Positions 27,799 to 37,984 are shown, numbered from the stretch's first letter. The stretch is 64,000 nt of DNA from Micavibrio sp. UBA2400 (GCA_002343265.1 DDSC01000004.1:1898-65897), one strand, 5' to 3'. Notes: generated by a model not told the origin, from the letters alone. Numbers and translations are program-made.

Positions 27799-28848
27799 TT
27801 AGGCCTCCGCCGCGATCGCAAAGCTTTCCTGCTCCAGCTTATCCAGATCCAGCGCCGCGATCGCCGGACGCATGATCTGCGCCATTTTTATTGTCCACTC
27901 GACCAGCCAGCTGACTTGCCGCTCGCGGGCAGCCTCATTGCGAGCAGACTGGTTATCCAGATAAACGGCAATCCGGGCGGACTTACGCTGCAAATCGTTT
28001 TCATAACACAGGGGGAGCCCCGCAGCACTGTCGAGAACAGCGCGTTGCTGTTCAAGGGCGGCAAAGGCAGCCTTTGCCAGAGGCCCTGATATATAAACTT
28101 CGATCCGCAGTTTCTGATCGCGGATGGAAACTGCGGCGAGATGAAAGCGCACACGGCGATCGCCACCGAGCTGATCGACAGTCTGCCAGCCATCCTTGTA
28201 GGGTGTCCGGCCAGCCGCATTTGCATAAAGCGGTGTGAGCTTGGCCAGATAGTGCTGCCAGTAGCCCATCCAGAACTTTTGGGTGTCATTGGCGGGGGTT
28301 TGGGCGCTGGCTTTGCTGGCGCGGGCCATGGCCCGCGACCAGTTATTCGGACTGCACACCAGCGTGAAATTAGGGGCGCATTCCGATGCTTTTATCGGTC
28401 CCTCTCCCGCCAAACGGCACACACTGACTTCAATGGCGAAAAAATTTATTTCTTCTGGCGTATGCGCGTTCAACCAGTCAACCGCCGCGCGGTGCTCTTC
28501 CCGAAATTCTGGCGCAATCCAGATAATGTCCTTAACCTTGCGATCATCAATCTGGATCCCGGCGGTATAAGTCAGAATCTGACCCAGATGATTGTGGTCA
28601 CTGGGCTCGAGCTGATTTTCAATCAGCATGAGCCGACCATCGGCATCCTGCACCAGAATATCCGCTGCGTAGCGTCCCACGGCCTGCTCAACGGCCAAAG
28701 CTTCCAGAGTGCTGCATCCAAGCAGGTCAGCCAGCAATTCCAGATTATCAGATTGTGCCAACCAGGGCGTGAAATCGCGCGCTTCGTCAGGCCAGATCGC
28801 CCTTAAGGGGACAGGCGCAAGACGACCAAGAGTGACTGGAAGTGACAT
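27799..28848 (-). CDS. Nuclease-fold (PD-(D/E)xK-like) N-domain protein resembling the DUF4268 family
   Basis: ADILVQDADGRLMLIENQLEPSDHNHLGQILTYTAG...IWIAPEFREEH fits an endonuclease-like D...E.Q....DH.HLGQ.L.Y core. This is recalled from memory, not searched. Confidence 0.5.
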   Translation of the reverse strand: MSLPVTLGRLAPVPLRAIWPDEARDFTPWLAQSDNLELLADLLGCSTLEALAVEQAVGRYAADILVQDADGRLMLIENQLEPSDHNHLGQILTYTAGIQIDDRKVKDIIWIAPEFREEHRAAVDWLNAHTPEEINFFAIEVSVCRLAGEGPIKASECAPNFTLVCSPNNWSRAMARASKASAQTPANDTQKFWMGYWQHYLAKLTPLYANAAGRTPYKDGWQTVDQLGGDRRVRFHLAAVSIRDQKLRIEVYISGPLAKAAFAALEQQRAVLDSAAGLPLCYENDLQRKSARIAVYLDNQSARNEAARERQVSWLVEWTIKMAQIMRPAIAALDLDKLEQESFAIAAEA

Positions 28849-29165
28849 AAAACGCTCTCCTCGCTAGGCAATTTCTCGGGGTATAGACCTGAGTGTCAAT
28901 GCTATATCATGTCAGCCGCCTAATAAACTCGCGCGTCAGCTGCGCCGGGTTAGCGCGCAATGACTGCAGCTGGGTATGAAAGCGGGCATGGTAAAGTCGA
29001 GGGGAATCGGCCACGTAACAGGTAATTCGAAAAATTATTAATAATCAAGATATTAGCCTAGTTTCCGGATTTTGGTACGACTCTGTTTACCCTTTAACCA
29101 TTATGATAATGTTGGATTGCTGCGCCGCACCAAGACGGACGGCGGGTCCGGAAGGTTGGGGGATT

Positions 29166-30512
29166 ATGATTTATCACTGGTATGAATGGCACCGCCGCGC
29201 GTTGCAGCCCTTGAACGCCATGGCCGGGGCCACCCGCGCCGCGTTGCAGCACCCCCTGCTGCCAGCGTCCTACACCCATATGGGCCGCGCCATTGCCGCT
29301 AGTGCCGAACTGATGGAGCGCGTTACCCGCCGCTATGAAAAACCCGAGTTCGGCCTGACCCACACCGTGGTCGATGGTAAGAAGGTTGAGGTGGTGGAAG
29401 AGGTCTTGGGCGAGAAGCCGTTCTGTCGTCTGATTCACTTTGCCCGCGATGTGCCGGCCCACCGCCCGCGCGATCCGCAGATTCTGGTGGTGGCCCCCAT
29501 GAGCGGCCACCACGCCACTCTCTTACGCGGCACGGTAGAAGCGCTGCTGCCCGAGCATGATGTATATATCACCGACTGGCTGGATGCCCGGCTGGTGCCC
29601 CCCAGTGCGGGGGATTTCGGTCTGGACGACTATGTCGACTATCTGATCGATTTTCTGCAGGGTCTGGGGCCGGAAACCAATATCGTTGCCGTCTGTCAGC
29701 CCTCGGTGCCGGTGATGTGCGCGGTGGCGCTGATGGCCGCCGCAGACGATCCCGCCCAGCCGCGCTCGATGGCGCTGATGGGTGGCCCGATTGATGTGCG
29801 CAAAGCCCCTACGGCGGTCACCGAATTTGGCCGCAAGCACACGATTGACTGGTTCAAGCGCAATGTGGTGGCCGAAGTGCCGCCGCCCTACCCCGGCGCG
29901 TTTCGCAAGGTTTATCCCGGTTTTCTGCAGCTGATGGGCTTCATGAGCATGAATGCGGGTAATCATGTGAAGGAGCATCTCAATCTTTTCAAACACCTGA
30001 TTGAAGGTGATGGCGACAGCGCCGCCCGGCACCGCAAATTTTATGATGAGTATCTCGCCGTGATGGACATTCCCGGCCGGTTCTATCTCGATACGGTTGA
30101 ACATGTGTTCCAGAAGGCCAGCCTGCCCAAAGGCGAACTGATTATCCGTGGCAAGCGCGTTGACCCCAGCAAAATCAAACGCACCGCGCTGTTTACCATT
30201 GAAGGCGAGTTTGATGATATCTCGGCCCCCGGCCAGACCAAAGCGGCACACGATATCTGCAAGAACATTCCCAAGCATATGCGCGAGCACCATGTGCAAA
30301 AGGGCGTGGGCCACTACGGTATTTTCAACGGTCGCAAATGGCGCGAAGAGATCATGCCGCAGGTGCGCGATTTCATCCGCAATTTTGACAAGCCCGCCAA
30401 GCTGGGGCCGATCAGCAAGAAGCATCACGCGGCCCCGCTCCCGCCCAAGACCGCCCATGCGCGGCGCCTGGCTAACGCGGCAGCCCTGAAAGCCCGAACC
30501 AAAAAGAGATAG
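29166..30512 (+). CDS. phaZ: Intracellular polyhydroxyalkanoate (PHB) depolymerase
   Basis: N-terminal MIYHWYEWHRRAL and overall similarity to the intracellular PhaZ family. The ORF extends to 29103; the start at 29166 is more likely. Confidence 0.8.
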   Translation: MIYHWYEWHRRALQPLNAMAGATRAALQHPLLPASYTHMGRAIAASAELMERVTRRYEKPEFGLTHTVVDGKKVEVVEEVLGEKPFCRLIHFARDVPAHRPRDPQILVVAPMSGHHATLLRGTVEALLPEHDVYITDWLDARLVPPSAGDFGLDDYVDYLIDFLQGLGPETNIVAVCQPSVPVMCAVALMAAADDPAQPRSMALMGGPIDVRKAPTAVTEFGRKHTIDWFKRNVVAEVPPPYPGAFRKVYPGFLQLMGFMSMNAGNHVKEHLNLFKHLIEGDGDSAARHRKFYDEYLAVMDIPGRFYLDTVEHVFQKASLPKGELIIRGKRVDPSKIKRTALFTIEGEFDDISAPGQTKAAHDICKNIPKHMREHHVQKGVGHYGIFNGRKWREEIMPQVRDFIRNFDKPAKLGPISKKHHAAPLPPKTAHARRLANAAALKARTKKR

Positions 30513-30518
30513 CTGGCG

Positions 30519-31709
30519 TTAGCGCGGTAACAACCGCCGCACCGTCACAGGCGCGAGCTGTGCTAGACGCCGTACAGTGGGTGGGAGGCCTGCCAATTGA
30601 GTGGCGGAAAAACGGGTCCTCGCCGATTTGCCGCTCGTAGGTGGCAACGCCCCGCCTTCCGCACTACGTCCTACACTGGCATCGGCCTCTATGATCGCCC
30701 GGACACTAGCCGCTGTGAGTTCGCCATGGCCAACCGCCAGCGGGTCCGGCTCGCTCAGGTCCAGATCCAGCTCGGTCTGCCGGTCATCGACCGCGCCAGC
30801 GATCATTAAGTCATCCAGCCACTGCCAGCTGGCATCAAGACCAAACAATTTGTGCCGCCCAGCCAGAAGCATGCCAGCATAATGCGCGGGCTTAGCCGGG
30901 ATGCGGCGGCGCCCCAGTGCATCAATCGCCCCTTCGATTGCGGCATCGTCATAGCCGCGCGCATCCTGCAAGGTCAACAAACGCTCGCGGGTAACCTGAT
31001 CGCTATGCACGTCGATCGGATTAAGCTGCGTTAGGCTGTGCCAGACATCGTTCATGTCCGGACTTGGATAGTGATCGCGCACGGCCACGGCTGGCCAGCG
31101 AAAATTGCCAATCTTACGCGCCGGGATAAACTCACCACCGCTAAGCATATAATCAAGCAACAGCTCTTTGGCCCCCGGCGCGACCGGCCACGGCGCTGGG
31201 TTAGCTTTATGGCTGGCCAGATGCCTGAACCACGCGGTGGCCGGCTTGCGAACTGGCGTCTTGAGTGCAATCAGGGTTGAGTTGCTCGGGAAGTATCTGA
31301 CGTGGGGCCGCAGATTCGTGCGCTGAGACAGCAACAAAAAGACATCAACCGGAGGATGCCGGGGCGACCTGACTCGCATGGCACTGGCGAGAGATCCAAG
31401 ATACTGGGCCGGATTGTTATAAAAAGGCGCGGTGCGCAGAGGCTGGCGAATTTGCCGGTTCATGCCCAGCATACGCCCATCGAGTACCATCACAATCAGG
31501 CTCCGGCCCGCGGCCGGGTGCGCGATTTCGCTGAACATCTCCTTCACATCATCCGGTTCGGGCGCGGCCAAGCCATCCCCCACCTGCCACACCATGCTGG
31601 TTTCAGGGCCGCTGAAGGCTTGGCTAAGATCCCGCAGGTCATAGCCAGGCTGGGTGTTGGTGCCCTCGCCCCAAAGAATGCCAACCGACTGAACCGGGCG
31701 TGTTTCCAT
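30519..31709 (-). CDS. Hypothetical protein, paralog A of a tandem pair (396 aa)
   Basis: Shares with paralog B: V(G/A)I(L/I)WGEGT(N/S).Q, L(I/L)V.(V/I).DG, SLASA....PPVDVFLL(L/V) and colinear W-rich blocks. No family recognised. Confidence 0.6.
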   Translation of the reverse strand: METRPVQSVGILWGEGTNTQPGYDLRDLSQAFSGPETSMVWQVGDGLAAPEPDDVKEMFSEIAHPAAGRSLIVMVLDGRMLGMNRQIRQPLRTAPFYNNPAQYLGSLASAMRVRSPRHPPVDVFLLLSQRTNLRPHVRYFPSNSTLIALKTPVRKPATAWFRHLASHKANPAPWPVAPGAKELLLDYMLSGGEFIPARKIGNFRWPAVAVRDHYPSPDMNDVWHSLTQLNPIDVHSDQVTRERLLTLQDARGYDDAAIEGAIDALGRRRIPAKPAHYAGMLLAGRHKLFGLDASWQWLDDLMIAGAVDDRQTELDLDLSEPDPLAVGHGELTAASVRAIIEADASVGRSAEGGALPPTSGKSARTRFSATQLAGLPPTVRRLAQLAPVTVRRLLPR

Positions 31710-31715
31710 GACTAA

Positions 31716-32876
31716 CTATCCTTTTTGTAAACGACGGCGGGTGGAGGCAGGCAGGGCGTGTGCAAAGGGCTGTAATCTTTTTGGTAAAGCGGTGATCTCT
31801 GCGCCAGTCAGGCGGCGCACGGGCGCGCGCTGAGCCGGTGGGCGGGGTTGTTCCGTAACAGTGGCTACTACGACTCGTTCGATTGGCGGCGCACTCGCCT
31901 GAACCACCGGAACGGAGGTCACCACCCCAACGTCAACCGGATTATCGTTGGCGGCGACGAGAGTAAACATATTGCGCAGACGACTGGCAGTTTCATGACG
32001 ATCAAAACATTCGGCGGCGAGGGCGAGATAGAGCCGTTCCTTGATCTCAACTCGTTCATGACTCAAAACCGGCCGGCCGACGATGGGGTAGCGGGCAGCC
32101 AGATAGTTAAGTCGCCCGCGGTTGGCGTGGCGCTGCGACCATCCGTGCAGAGAGATGGTATCGACCAGTTGGCGCTGGCTGGCATACTCATGCCACAGCT
32201 CATTAAGGTGAATACGCTTGCAGCCCGACACCGCAATGTCGGGTACACCCCAATAGCCCCGTTTGCCCGAGGCCATCAGGTCGATCAGCAGATCTTTTGC
32301 GGCGGGCGGCGTAGCCCAGTGCATGGCCCGGTTGCCCGCGGCATCAAGCCCATAGACACTGCTGTGCACCCAGCTATCGGTTACAGTGTTGGGGCGCATG
32401 CGTACCGCCACCACAGTAGAGCCGCGCGGTAACTGGCGGGCGAGAGCATGAATAAAATCGGTTTTACGGGCCACCAGCAGAAAAACATCGACCGGTGGGC
32501 TGGCTTTGGGCAGCGCTGACGCCAATGAACGCAAGAGCCATGGCGCGTCCCGTCCGCTATGCCACAGATGAGCGGGCTGCACTTTATCGCGGCGCCAGCC
32601 ATCCATGATTCCCACCAACAGGCGGCGGTTGAAGGCGGCAGCCGTAAAGTCTTTCAACAGCTGCTGCACGTCCCTAGCCGCGGGTACAGAATCGCCATCA
32701 CCGCACACCCGCAAGGGTGTATTGGGATTGCCGCTAAACGCCGTATAAGATGCGCCGTAGGAAACGGGCAGTTGATGCTGATTGGACGTGCCCTCACCCC
32801 AGATGACGGCAACGGAATCAATCTCTTGAGAAACAACCTGCGCAGGCATGGCAGGCAACCTAGCGGCGCTCGCCAC
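31716..32876 (-). CDS. Hypothetical protein, paralog B of a tandem pair (386 aa)
   Basis: See paralog A. The pair is colinear and co-oriented, 6 nt apart, with a divergent Pro/Arg-rich C-terminal tail. Confidence 0.6.
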   Translation of the reverse strand: MASAARLPAMPAQVVSQEIDSVAVIWGEGTSNQHQLPVSYGASYTAFSGNPNTPLRVCGDGDSVPAARDVQQLLKDFTAAAFNRRLLVGIMDGWRRDKVQPAHLWHSGRDAPWLLRSLASALPKASPPVDVFLLVARKTDFIHALARQLPRGSTVVAVRMRPNTVTDSWVHSSVYGLDAAGNRAMHWATPPAAKDLLIDLMASGKRGYWGVPDIAVSGCKRIHLNELWHEYASQRQLVDTISLHGWSQRHANRGRLNYLAARYPIVGRPVLSHERVEIKERLYLALAAECFDRHETASRLRNMFTLVAANDNPVDVGVVTSVPVVQASAPPIERVVVATVTEQPRPPAQRAPVRRLTGAEITALPKRLQPFAHALPASTRRRLQKG

Positions 32877-32897
32877 CCCAGCGCAACAGAAAAAGGG

Positions 32898-34391
32898 TTA
32901 AGATTGACTGCGCACCCGGTTAACGGCGTCTTTCCATTGGCTCTGCCAACGCTGCGGCAGGTTGCTGGGCTGGGGCAGAAAGCTCTTGTCGCACTGCCAA
33001 CCCGCCGCAAGCACCGGCAAGGACGGGATAAAGCCACCCCCGAGCAGAGCGAGATAAGCGGCGCCAAGCGCGGTGGTTTCCGTTAGCACCGGGCGATCAA
33101 CCCGCAGACCTGTAATATCGGCCAGCTCCTGCATCAGGGCGTTGTTGCGGCTCATACCGCCATCAACTTTTATGGTTGTCAGGGCCTGACCTTGCCGATC
33201 GCGAGTCAGGCAATCAATCAAATCCATGCTTTGAAAGGCCATGCTATCGATAGTGGCTCGCGCAATATGCCCCAGATGGCTATCGCGGGTGAGGCCCAAA
33301 ATGGCGCCACGGGCATTCGCATCCCAATAGGGTGCACCAAGACCTGTGAACGCGGGCACCATAACCACGCCGCCACTGTCGGGCACACTCGCCGCCAGTG
33401 CCTCAACTTCCTTGCTGGCGGTAATGGCATGCAGCCCATCGCGCAGCCATTGCACCGCGGCACCAGCGACAAAAATACTGCCTTCCAGCGCGTAGGTTAC
33501 TTCGCCTTGCAGGCGCAGCGCAACGGTAGTGAGCAGCCGATGGGTGGAGGTAACCGCCTGCTTACCCGTGTTGAGCAAAACAAAGCAGCCGGTGCCATAG
33601 GTGCTCTTGAGGCTGCCGGGCTCCAGACACAACTGACCAACTGCTGCCGCCTGTTGATCGCCCGCCACGCCGCGAATGGGTATGGCGGCACCAAACAGGG
33701 CTGCATCGCATAAGCCGAAATCGCCAGCACTGTCCAGCACCTGCGGCAGTACCTCGGGCGGGATAGTAAAATATGCCAGCAGTTCGGCGTCCCAGTGCTG
33801 GGTGCGAATGTTAAACAGCAAAGTCCGGCTGGCGTTCGTGGCATCGGTAGCATGCACCTTGCCCCCGGTGAGCTTGTAGATCAGCCAGCTGTCGATGGTG
33901 CCAAAGGCCAGCTCACCGGCCTCGGCGCGCGCGCGGATACCCTGCCCCTTATCGATCAGCCAGAATAGTTTGGTAGCCGAAAAATACGGATCGGCCAGCA
34001 GACCGGTTTTTTCACGCAGCCACTCTTCGGTACCATTGTTCTTGAGCGCATTACAGCTGCTGGCCGTGCGGCGGTCCTGCCAGACAATGGCATTGTAAAC
34101 CGGCTCGCCGGTCTTGCGATCCCACAGCACTGTGGTCTCACGCTGATTGGTAATGCCGATAGCTTTGACCTGCGCGGCCTTAAGATTGGCTTTCTCGAGC
34201 GCTTGCTTGATAACCTGCTGCGTATGCTGCCAGATCTCGCGCGCATCATGCTCAACCCAGCCATCTTGCGGGTAATGCTGGGTCAGCTCGATCTGTGCAC
34301 TCGCCAGTTCGCGCGGCACATTGTTCTCAAACTGATAGAGAATGGCACGGGTCGAGGTGGTGCCCTGGTCAAGCGCAAGGATGATGGTCAT
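32898..34391 (-). CDS. glpK: Glycerol kinase
   Basis: ALDQGTTSTRA N-terminal sugar-kinase motif and a full-length FGGY-family match. Confidence 0.95.
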   Translation of the reverse strand: MTIILALDQGTTSTRAILYQFENNVPRELASAQIELTQHYPQDGWVEHDAREIWQHTQQVIKQALEKANLKAAQVKAIGITNQRETTVLWDRKTGEPVYNAIVWQDRRTASSCNALKNNGTEEWLREKTGLLADPYFSATKLFWLIDKGQGIRARAEAGELAFGTIDSWLIYKLTGGKVHATDATNASRTLLFNIRTQHWDAELLAYFTIPPEVLPQVLDSAGDFGLCDAALFGAAIPIRGVAGDQQAAAVGQLCLEPGSLKSTYGTGCFVLLNTGKQAVTSTHRLLTTVALRLQGEVTYALEGSIFVAGAAVQWLRDGLHAITASKEVEALAASVPDSGGVVMVPAFTGLGAPYWDANARGAILGLTRDSHLGHIARATIDSMAFQSMDLIDCLTRDRQGQALTTIKVDGGMSRNNALMQELADITGLRVDRPVLTETTALGAAYLALLGGGFIPSLPVLAAGWQCDKSFLPQPSNLPQRWQSQWKDAVNRVRSQS

Positions 34392-34630
34392 GATGATGTC
34401 CAGTGTAGAAAATCAGATATCAGGTAACAAATCAGGACCAAAGCGGGTACGCTGAACCCCGCCGCCCACCAGCGCGTGGCGGGGTGGCACAACCCGCCGA
34501 TAAGTGTCAGGCACAAAGCCAGACCCAGCGCAGCATAACTGCGCAGTTCGGGCAGATAAAAATGCGCCCCTACTAATCCTGCGCCCCATAGCGCCAACAG
34601 GCCGAAAAAGATCAGCCGGGCGCAGCTCAT
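34388..34630 (-). CDS. Hypothetical small membrane protein (80 aa, 2-3 TM)
   Basis: Hydrophobic ORF whose stop overlaps the glpK start (ATGA). Could be a shadow ORF. Confidence 0.3.
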   Translation of the reverse strand: MSCARLIFFGLLALWGAGLVGAHFYLPELRSYAALGLALCLTLIGGLCHPATRWWAAGFSVPALVLICYLISDFLHWTSS

Positions 34631-36138
34631 TGAAAGGCCGGCTCCTGAAAACTGCGCAGTTTACGTGAATGAATGCGCTCGAGCGTCTGTTCGGCCAGAA
34701 GATCCAGCGCCAGCATGCCAATGCGCAGATGCTGGTTCACCTGCTGGCGATAGAAGTTCTGCGCCATGCCGGGCAACTTCAGCTCGCCATGCATCGGCTT
34801 ATCCGACACGCACAGCAAGGTGCCATAGGGCACCCGGAAGCGATAACCGTTGGCGGCGATGGTCGCGCTTTCCATATCCAGCGCAATGGCGCGGCTCTGA
34901 CTGAAGCGCTCGAACATCTGGGCGGTGTCGCGCAACTCCCAGTTGCGATCATCAATGGTAGCCACTGTGCCGGTGCGCATTACACTCTTGAGCGCGTACC
35001 CGGACAGCCCGGTAACACGACTAACCGCCTGCTCAAGGGCCACCTGCACTTCGGCCAGTGCCGGGATGGGTACGCTGATGGGGAGGTCGTGATCAAGCAC
35101 ATGGTCCTCACGCACATAAGCGTGCGCCAGTACATAATCGCCCAACCGCTGGGTACTGCGCAGACCCGCACAATGCCCGAGCATGAGCCACGCGTGCGGA
35201 CGCAGCACCGCCACATGGTCGGTGATGGTTTTGGCGTTACTCGGCCCCACGCCGATGTTGATGATGGTAATGCCGATATGCCCCGGCCGCTTGAGGTGGT
35301 AGGCGGGCATCTGCGGCATGCGATCCGGTGCCTTGCCCGAGCTGGGGCCAGCCGGGCCGCCAAAATTCTGGTTCATCGTCAGCACATCGCCGGGCTCGAC
35401 AAAGGCCTCGTATTTCTGGCGGGCTGTGCGCTCGGCGAGGTCGGTGGCCTCGATCATCTGCTCCTGCCCATAGCGGATAAACTCGTCGATATAAAACCCG
35501 TAGTTGGTAAACAGAATGAAGTTCTGGAAATGCTCCGGGCCGGTGCCGGTATAGTGGCGCAGGCGATGCAACGAATAATCCACTCGCGGCGCGGTAAAGG
35601 GCGCCAGCGGCAACGGCTCGCCCGGCGTGGGACGGTAGGTGCCATTGACGATACTGTCATCCATGAAGTTGAGATCCGGCAGATCAAAATGCTCGCGGAT
35701 GGCCGTGACACGGCCGGGGTCAAGCTCGGATTCCAGATGCATGCCGCTGGTGAAAGCAAAATGCAACGGGATAGGGGTGTCGGACACACCCACTTCGAGC
35801 GGTTCGCCGTGATTGCGGATGAGCTGGCGGAACTGTTCGAGATAATAGGCAGCAAAAATATCCGGCCGGGTAAGTGTGCTCATATACACACCCGGCGCGG
35901 GCACAAAGCCATAGGCCAAGCGCGTATCGCCCCGGCTGGTGCTGGTGGTGGTGAGCTTGATGTAGGGATAACAGGCGCGCACCTTACCCTTAATCCGCTC
36001 GCCCTTGGTGAAAGCCAGAAACCGCTCGCGCAGATAGCCGGTATTAGCCTCATAGATTTCGCGCACGCGGGTCACGGCGTCTTCCGGCTGGGTGAAACTG
36101 CGCGGGGCAAATTTGGGGGTGGGGTCGAATATCATCAC
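34627..36138 (-). CDS. amn: AMP nucleosidase
   Basis: Conserved blocks LHRLRHYTGT, NIGVGPSNAKTITDH.AVLRP..WLMLGHC.GLR and GTLLCVSDKP.HGE.KLPG match E. coli Amn. Confidence 0.9.
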   Translation of the reverse strand: MMIFDPTPKFAPRSFTQPEDAVTRVREIYEANTGYLRERFLAFTKGERIKGKVRACYPYIKLTTTSTSRGDTRLAYGFVPAPGVYMSTLTRPDIFAAYYLEQFRQLIRNHGEPLEVGVSDTPIPLHFAFTSGMHLESELDPGRVTAIREHFDLPDLNFMDDSIVNGTYRPTPGEPLPLAPFTAPRVDYSLHRLRHYTGTGPEHFQNFILFTNYGFYIDEFIRYGQEQMIEATDLAERTARQKYEAFVEPGDVLTMNQNFGGPAGPSSGKAPDRMPQMPAYHLKRPGHIGITIINIGVGPSNAKTITDHVAVLRPHAWLMLGHCAGLRSTQRLGDYVLAHAYVREDHVLDHDLPISVPIPALAEVQVALEQAVSRVTGLSGYALKSVMRTGTVATIDDRNWELRDTAQMFERFSQSRAIALDMESATIAANGYRFRVPYGTLLCVSDKPMHGELKLPGMAQNFYRQQVNQHLRIGMLALDLLAEQTLERIHSRKLRSFQEPAFQ

Positions 36139-37086
36139 TTATCCTTCTACTCCCATCAGGGCGCGGGCATATTCGCGTGGATCAAACGGCTTGAGATCGT
36201 CAATCGTTTCGCCCACGCCCACCGCCACAATAGGCAATTTATACTGTTCGGCCAGCCCAACCACCACCCCGCCACGGGCCGAGCCATCGAGCTTGGTGAC
36301 GATCAGGCCATCCACCGCCACCATCTCACGAAACGCCTTGACCTGACTATGGGCATTCTGCCCGCCGGTGGCGTCGAGCACCAACAGCGTGGCATGCGGC
36401 GCACTGGCATCAATTTTTTGCAACACCCGCTTGATCTTGGCCAACTCGTCCATCAGACCTTGTTTATTCTGCAGCCGTCCGGCGGTATCAATCAGCAGCA
36501 GATCAGCCCCCTGCGCCTTGGCATGTTCGAGTGCCTTATAGGCCAGCGCAGCCGCATCTGATCCCTCGGGGGCTGTGAACACCGGGCAACCCGCCCGCTC
36601 GCCCCACACCCTGAGCTGCGCCACCGCGGCGGCGCGAAAGGTATCACCCGCCGCCAGCACCACTTTTTTACCCTGATCGGCCCAGCCCGCCGCCATTTTA
36701 CCGAGCGTTGTAGTTTTACCCGCGCCATTGACGCCCACCAGCAATACCACAAACGGCTGTTTGCTCTCGTCAACCACCAACGGTCTGGCAGCAGGTTGCA
36801 AGAGCTGCTCAATCTGGCCAGCCAGAGCGTCTTTCACTTCACTGTCGGTGACATCTTTGCCAAAGCGGTTTTCGGCAAAGTCAGCCACCAGCTTGGCCGC
36901 TGTCGCCGGACCAAGATCGGCGGCAATCAGGATGTCTTCCAGCTCATCCAGCGCCGCTTGGTCAAGTTTGCGATGGGTGAAGAGCTGGGTAATGTTTTGC
37001 GTGAGCGCCGACGTGCTCTTACTGAGGCCCTGCTTGAGCCGCTGCCACCAGCTGGTTGTTTCGGTTATCTCGGTCATCCTACCCAC
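36139..37086 (-). CDS. ftsY: Signal recognition particle receptor FtsY
   Basis: SRP-GTPase NG domain with LLVGVNGAGKTTT, DTAGR and TKLDG. Short N-terminal acidic region. Confidence 0.9.
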   Translation of the reverse strand: MGRMTEITETTSWWQRLKQGLSKSTSALTQNITQLFTHRKLDQAALDELEDILIAADLGPATAAKLVADFAENRFGKDVTDSEVKDALAGQIEQLLQPAARPLVVDESKQPFVVLLVGVNGAGKTTTLGKMAAGWADQGKKVVLAAGDTFRAAAVAQLRVWGERAGCPVFTAPEGSDAAALAYKALEHAKAQGADLLLIDTAGRLQNKQGLMDELAKIKRVLQKIDASAPHATLLVLDATGGQNAHSQVKAFREMVAVDGLIVTKLDGSARGGVVVGLAEQYKLPIVAVGVGETIDDLKPFDPREYARALMGVEG

Positions 37087-37889
37087 TCGCCCCGGAATGT
37101 TTCAACCCACGCCCCGGTCATCCAGACGGAATCATCGGCCTTCCATTCTATCTGCAAGCTGCCACCTTCAAGCTGAACTGTCGCGTTGCGAGCCGACAGG
37201 CCGCGTCGTGCTGCTGCCACCAGCGCCGCGCACGCACCGCTACCACAGGCCAGCGTAATGCCTGCCCCGCGCTCCCACACCCGCATGCGCAGGGTGTGGC
37301 GATCAATCACCTGCACAATTTCAACGTTGGTGCGCTCGGGAAACAGCGGGTGATGTTCCAGCCGGGGGCCGAGATGGATCAGATCAATCGAGGCTGTATC
37401 CTCAACAAAAAACACACAGTGCGGATTACCCATATTCACCGCAACCGGATCGACCAGCGGACCAAGCTCCAGCGGCAGATGAAGCGTGTCCTGCTCATCC
37501 ACCAGCGGAATTTCACTCCATTTCACACGGGGCTTACCCATGTTGACCCCCACCGCATTGCCCGCGGCCAAGGCGGGCAGAATACCGCTGATGGTTTCGA
37601 TCACTGCCGCGCTCTTGCCACTTTCGCGCATCAGGGTGGCGGCGACACAGCGGGTGGCATTACCACACGCGCCGGCCTCGCTGCCATCGGGATTATAAAT
37701 CGCCATAAACGCATCGGCCTTGCTGTGGCGCGGCGGCTCAATCACGATGATCTGGTCACAGCCGATGCCAAAGCGGCGGTCCGCCAGACGCTCCAGCTGT
37801 GAGCGCGAGAGCTGCACCGGACGCACACGACCATCAATCACGACAAAGTCGTTGCCAAGGCCATGCATTTTGCGAAAGGGCAATGTCAT
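37074..37889 (-). CDS. dapF: Diaminopimelate epimerase
   Basis: KMHGLGNDFVVID N-terminal motif and paired catalytic Cys regions (..GNATRC.. and ..CGSGA..). Overlaps the ftsY start. Confidence 0.9.
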   Translation of the reverse strand: MTLPFRKMHGLGNDFVVIDGRVRPVQLSRSQLERLADRRFGIGCDQIIVIEPPRHSKADAFMAIYNPDGSEAGACGNATRCVAATLMRESGKSAAVIETISGILPALAAGNAVGVNMGKPRVKWSEIPLVDEQDTLHLPLELGPLVDPVAVNMGNPHCVFFVEDTASIDLIHLGPRLEHHPLFPERTNVEIVQVIDRHTLRMRVWERGAGITLACGSGACAALVAAARRGLSARNATVQLEGGSLQIEWKADDSVWMTGAWVETFRGEWVG

Positions 37890-37984
37890 AACTCTATATA
37901 AGCCATGGCAAAACAAATTGTCAAAAAACTGTCACATGACTCTCCACCAAGGTCCATTTAGCCTGCGTGCAGGAGGACCTACAC

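Noticed and set aside
34669-36561. 630-aa plus-strand ORF spanning amn and ftsY
   Set aside because: It runs antisense across two well-supported genes. Its composition is typical of the GC-rich third-position complement.
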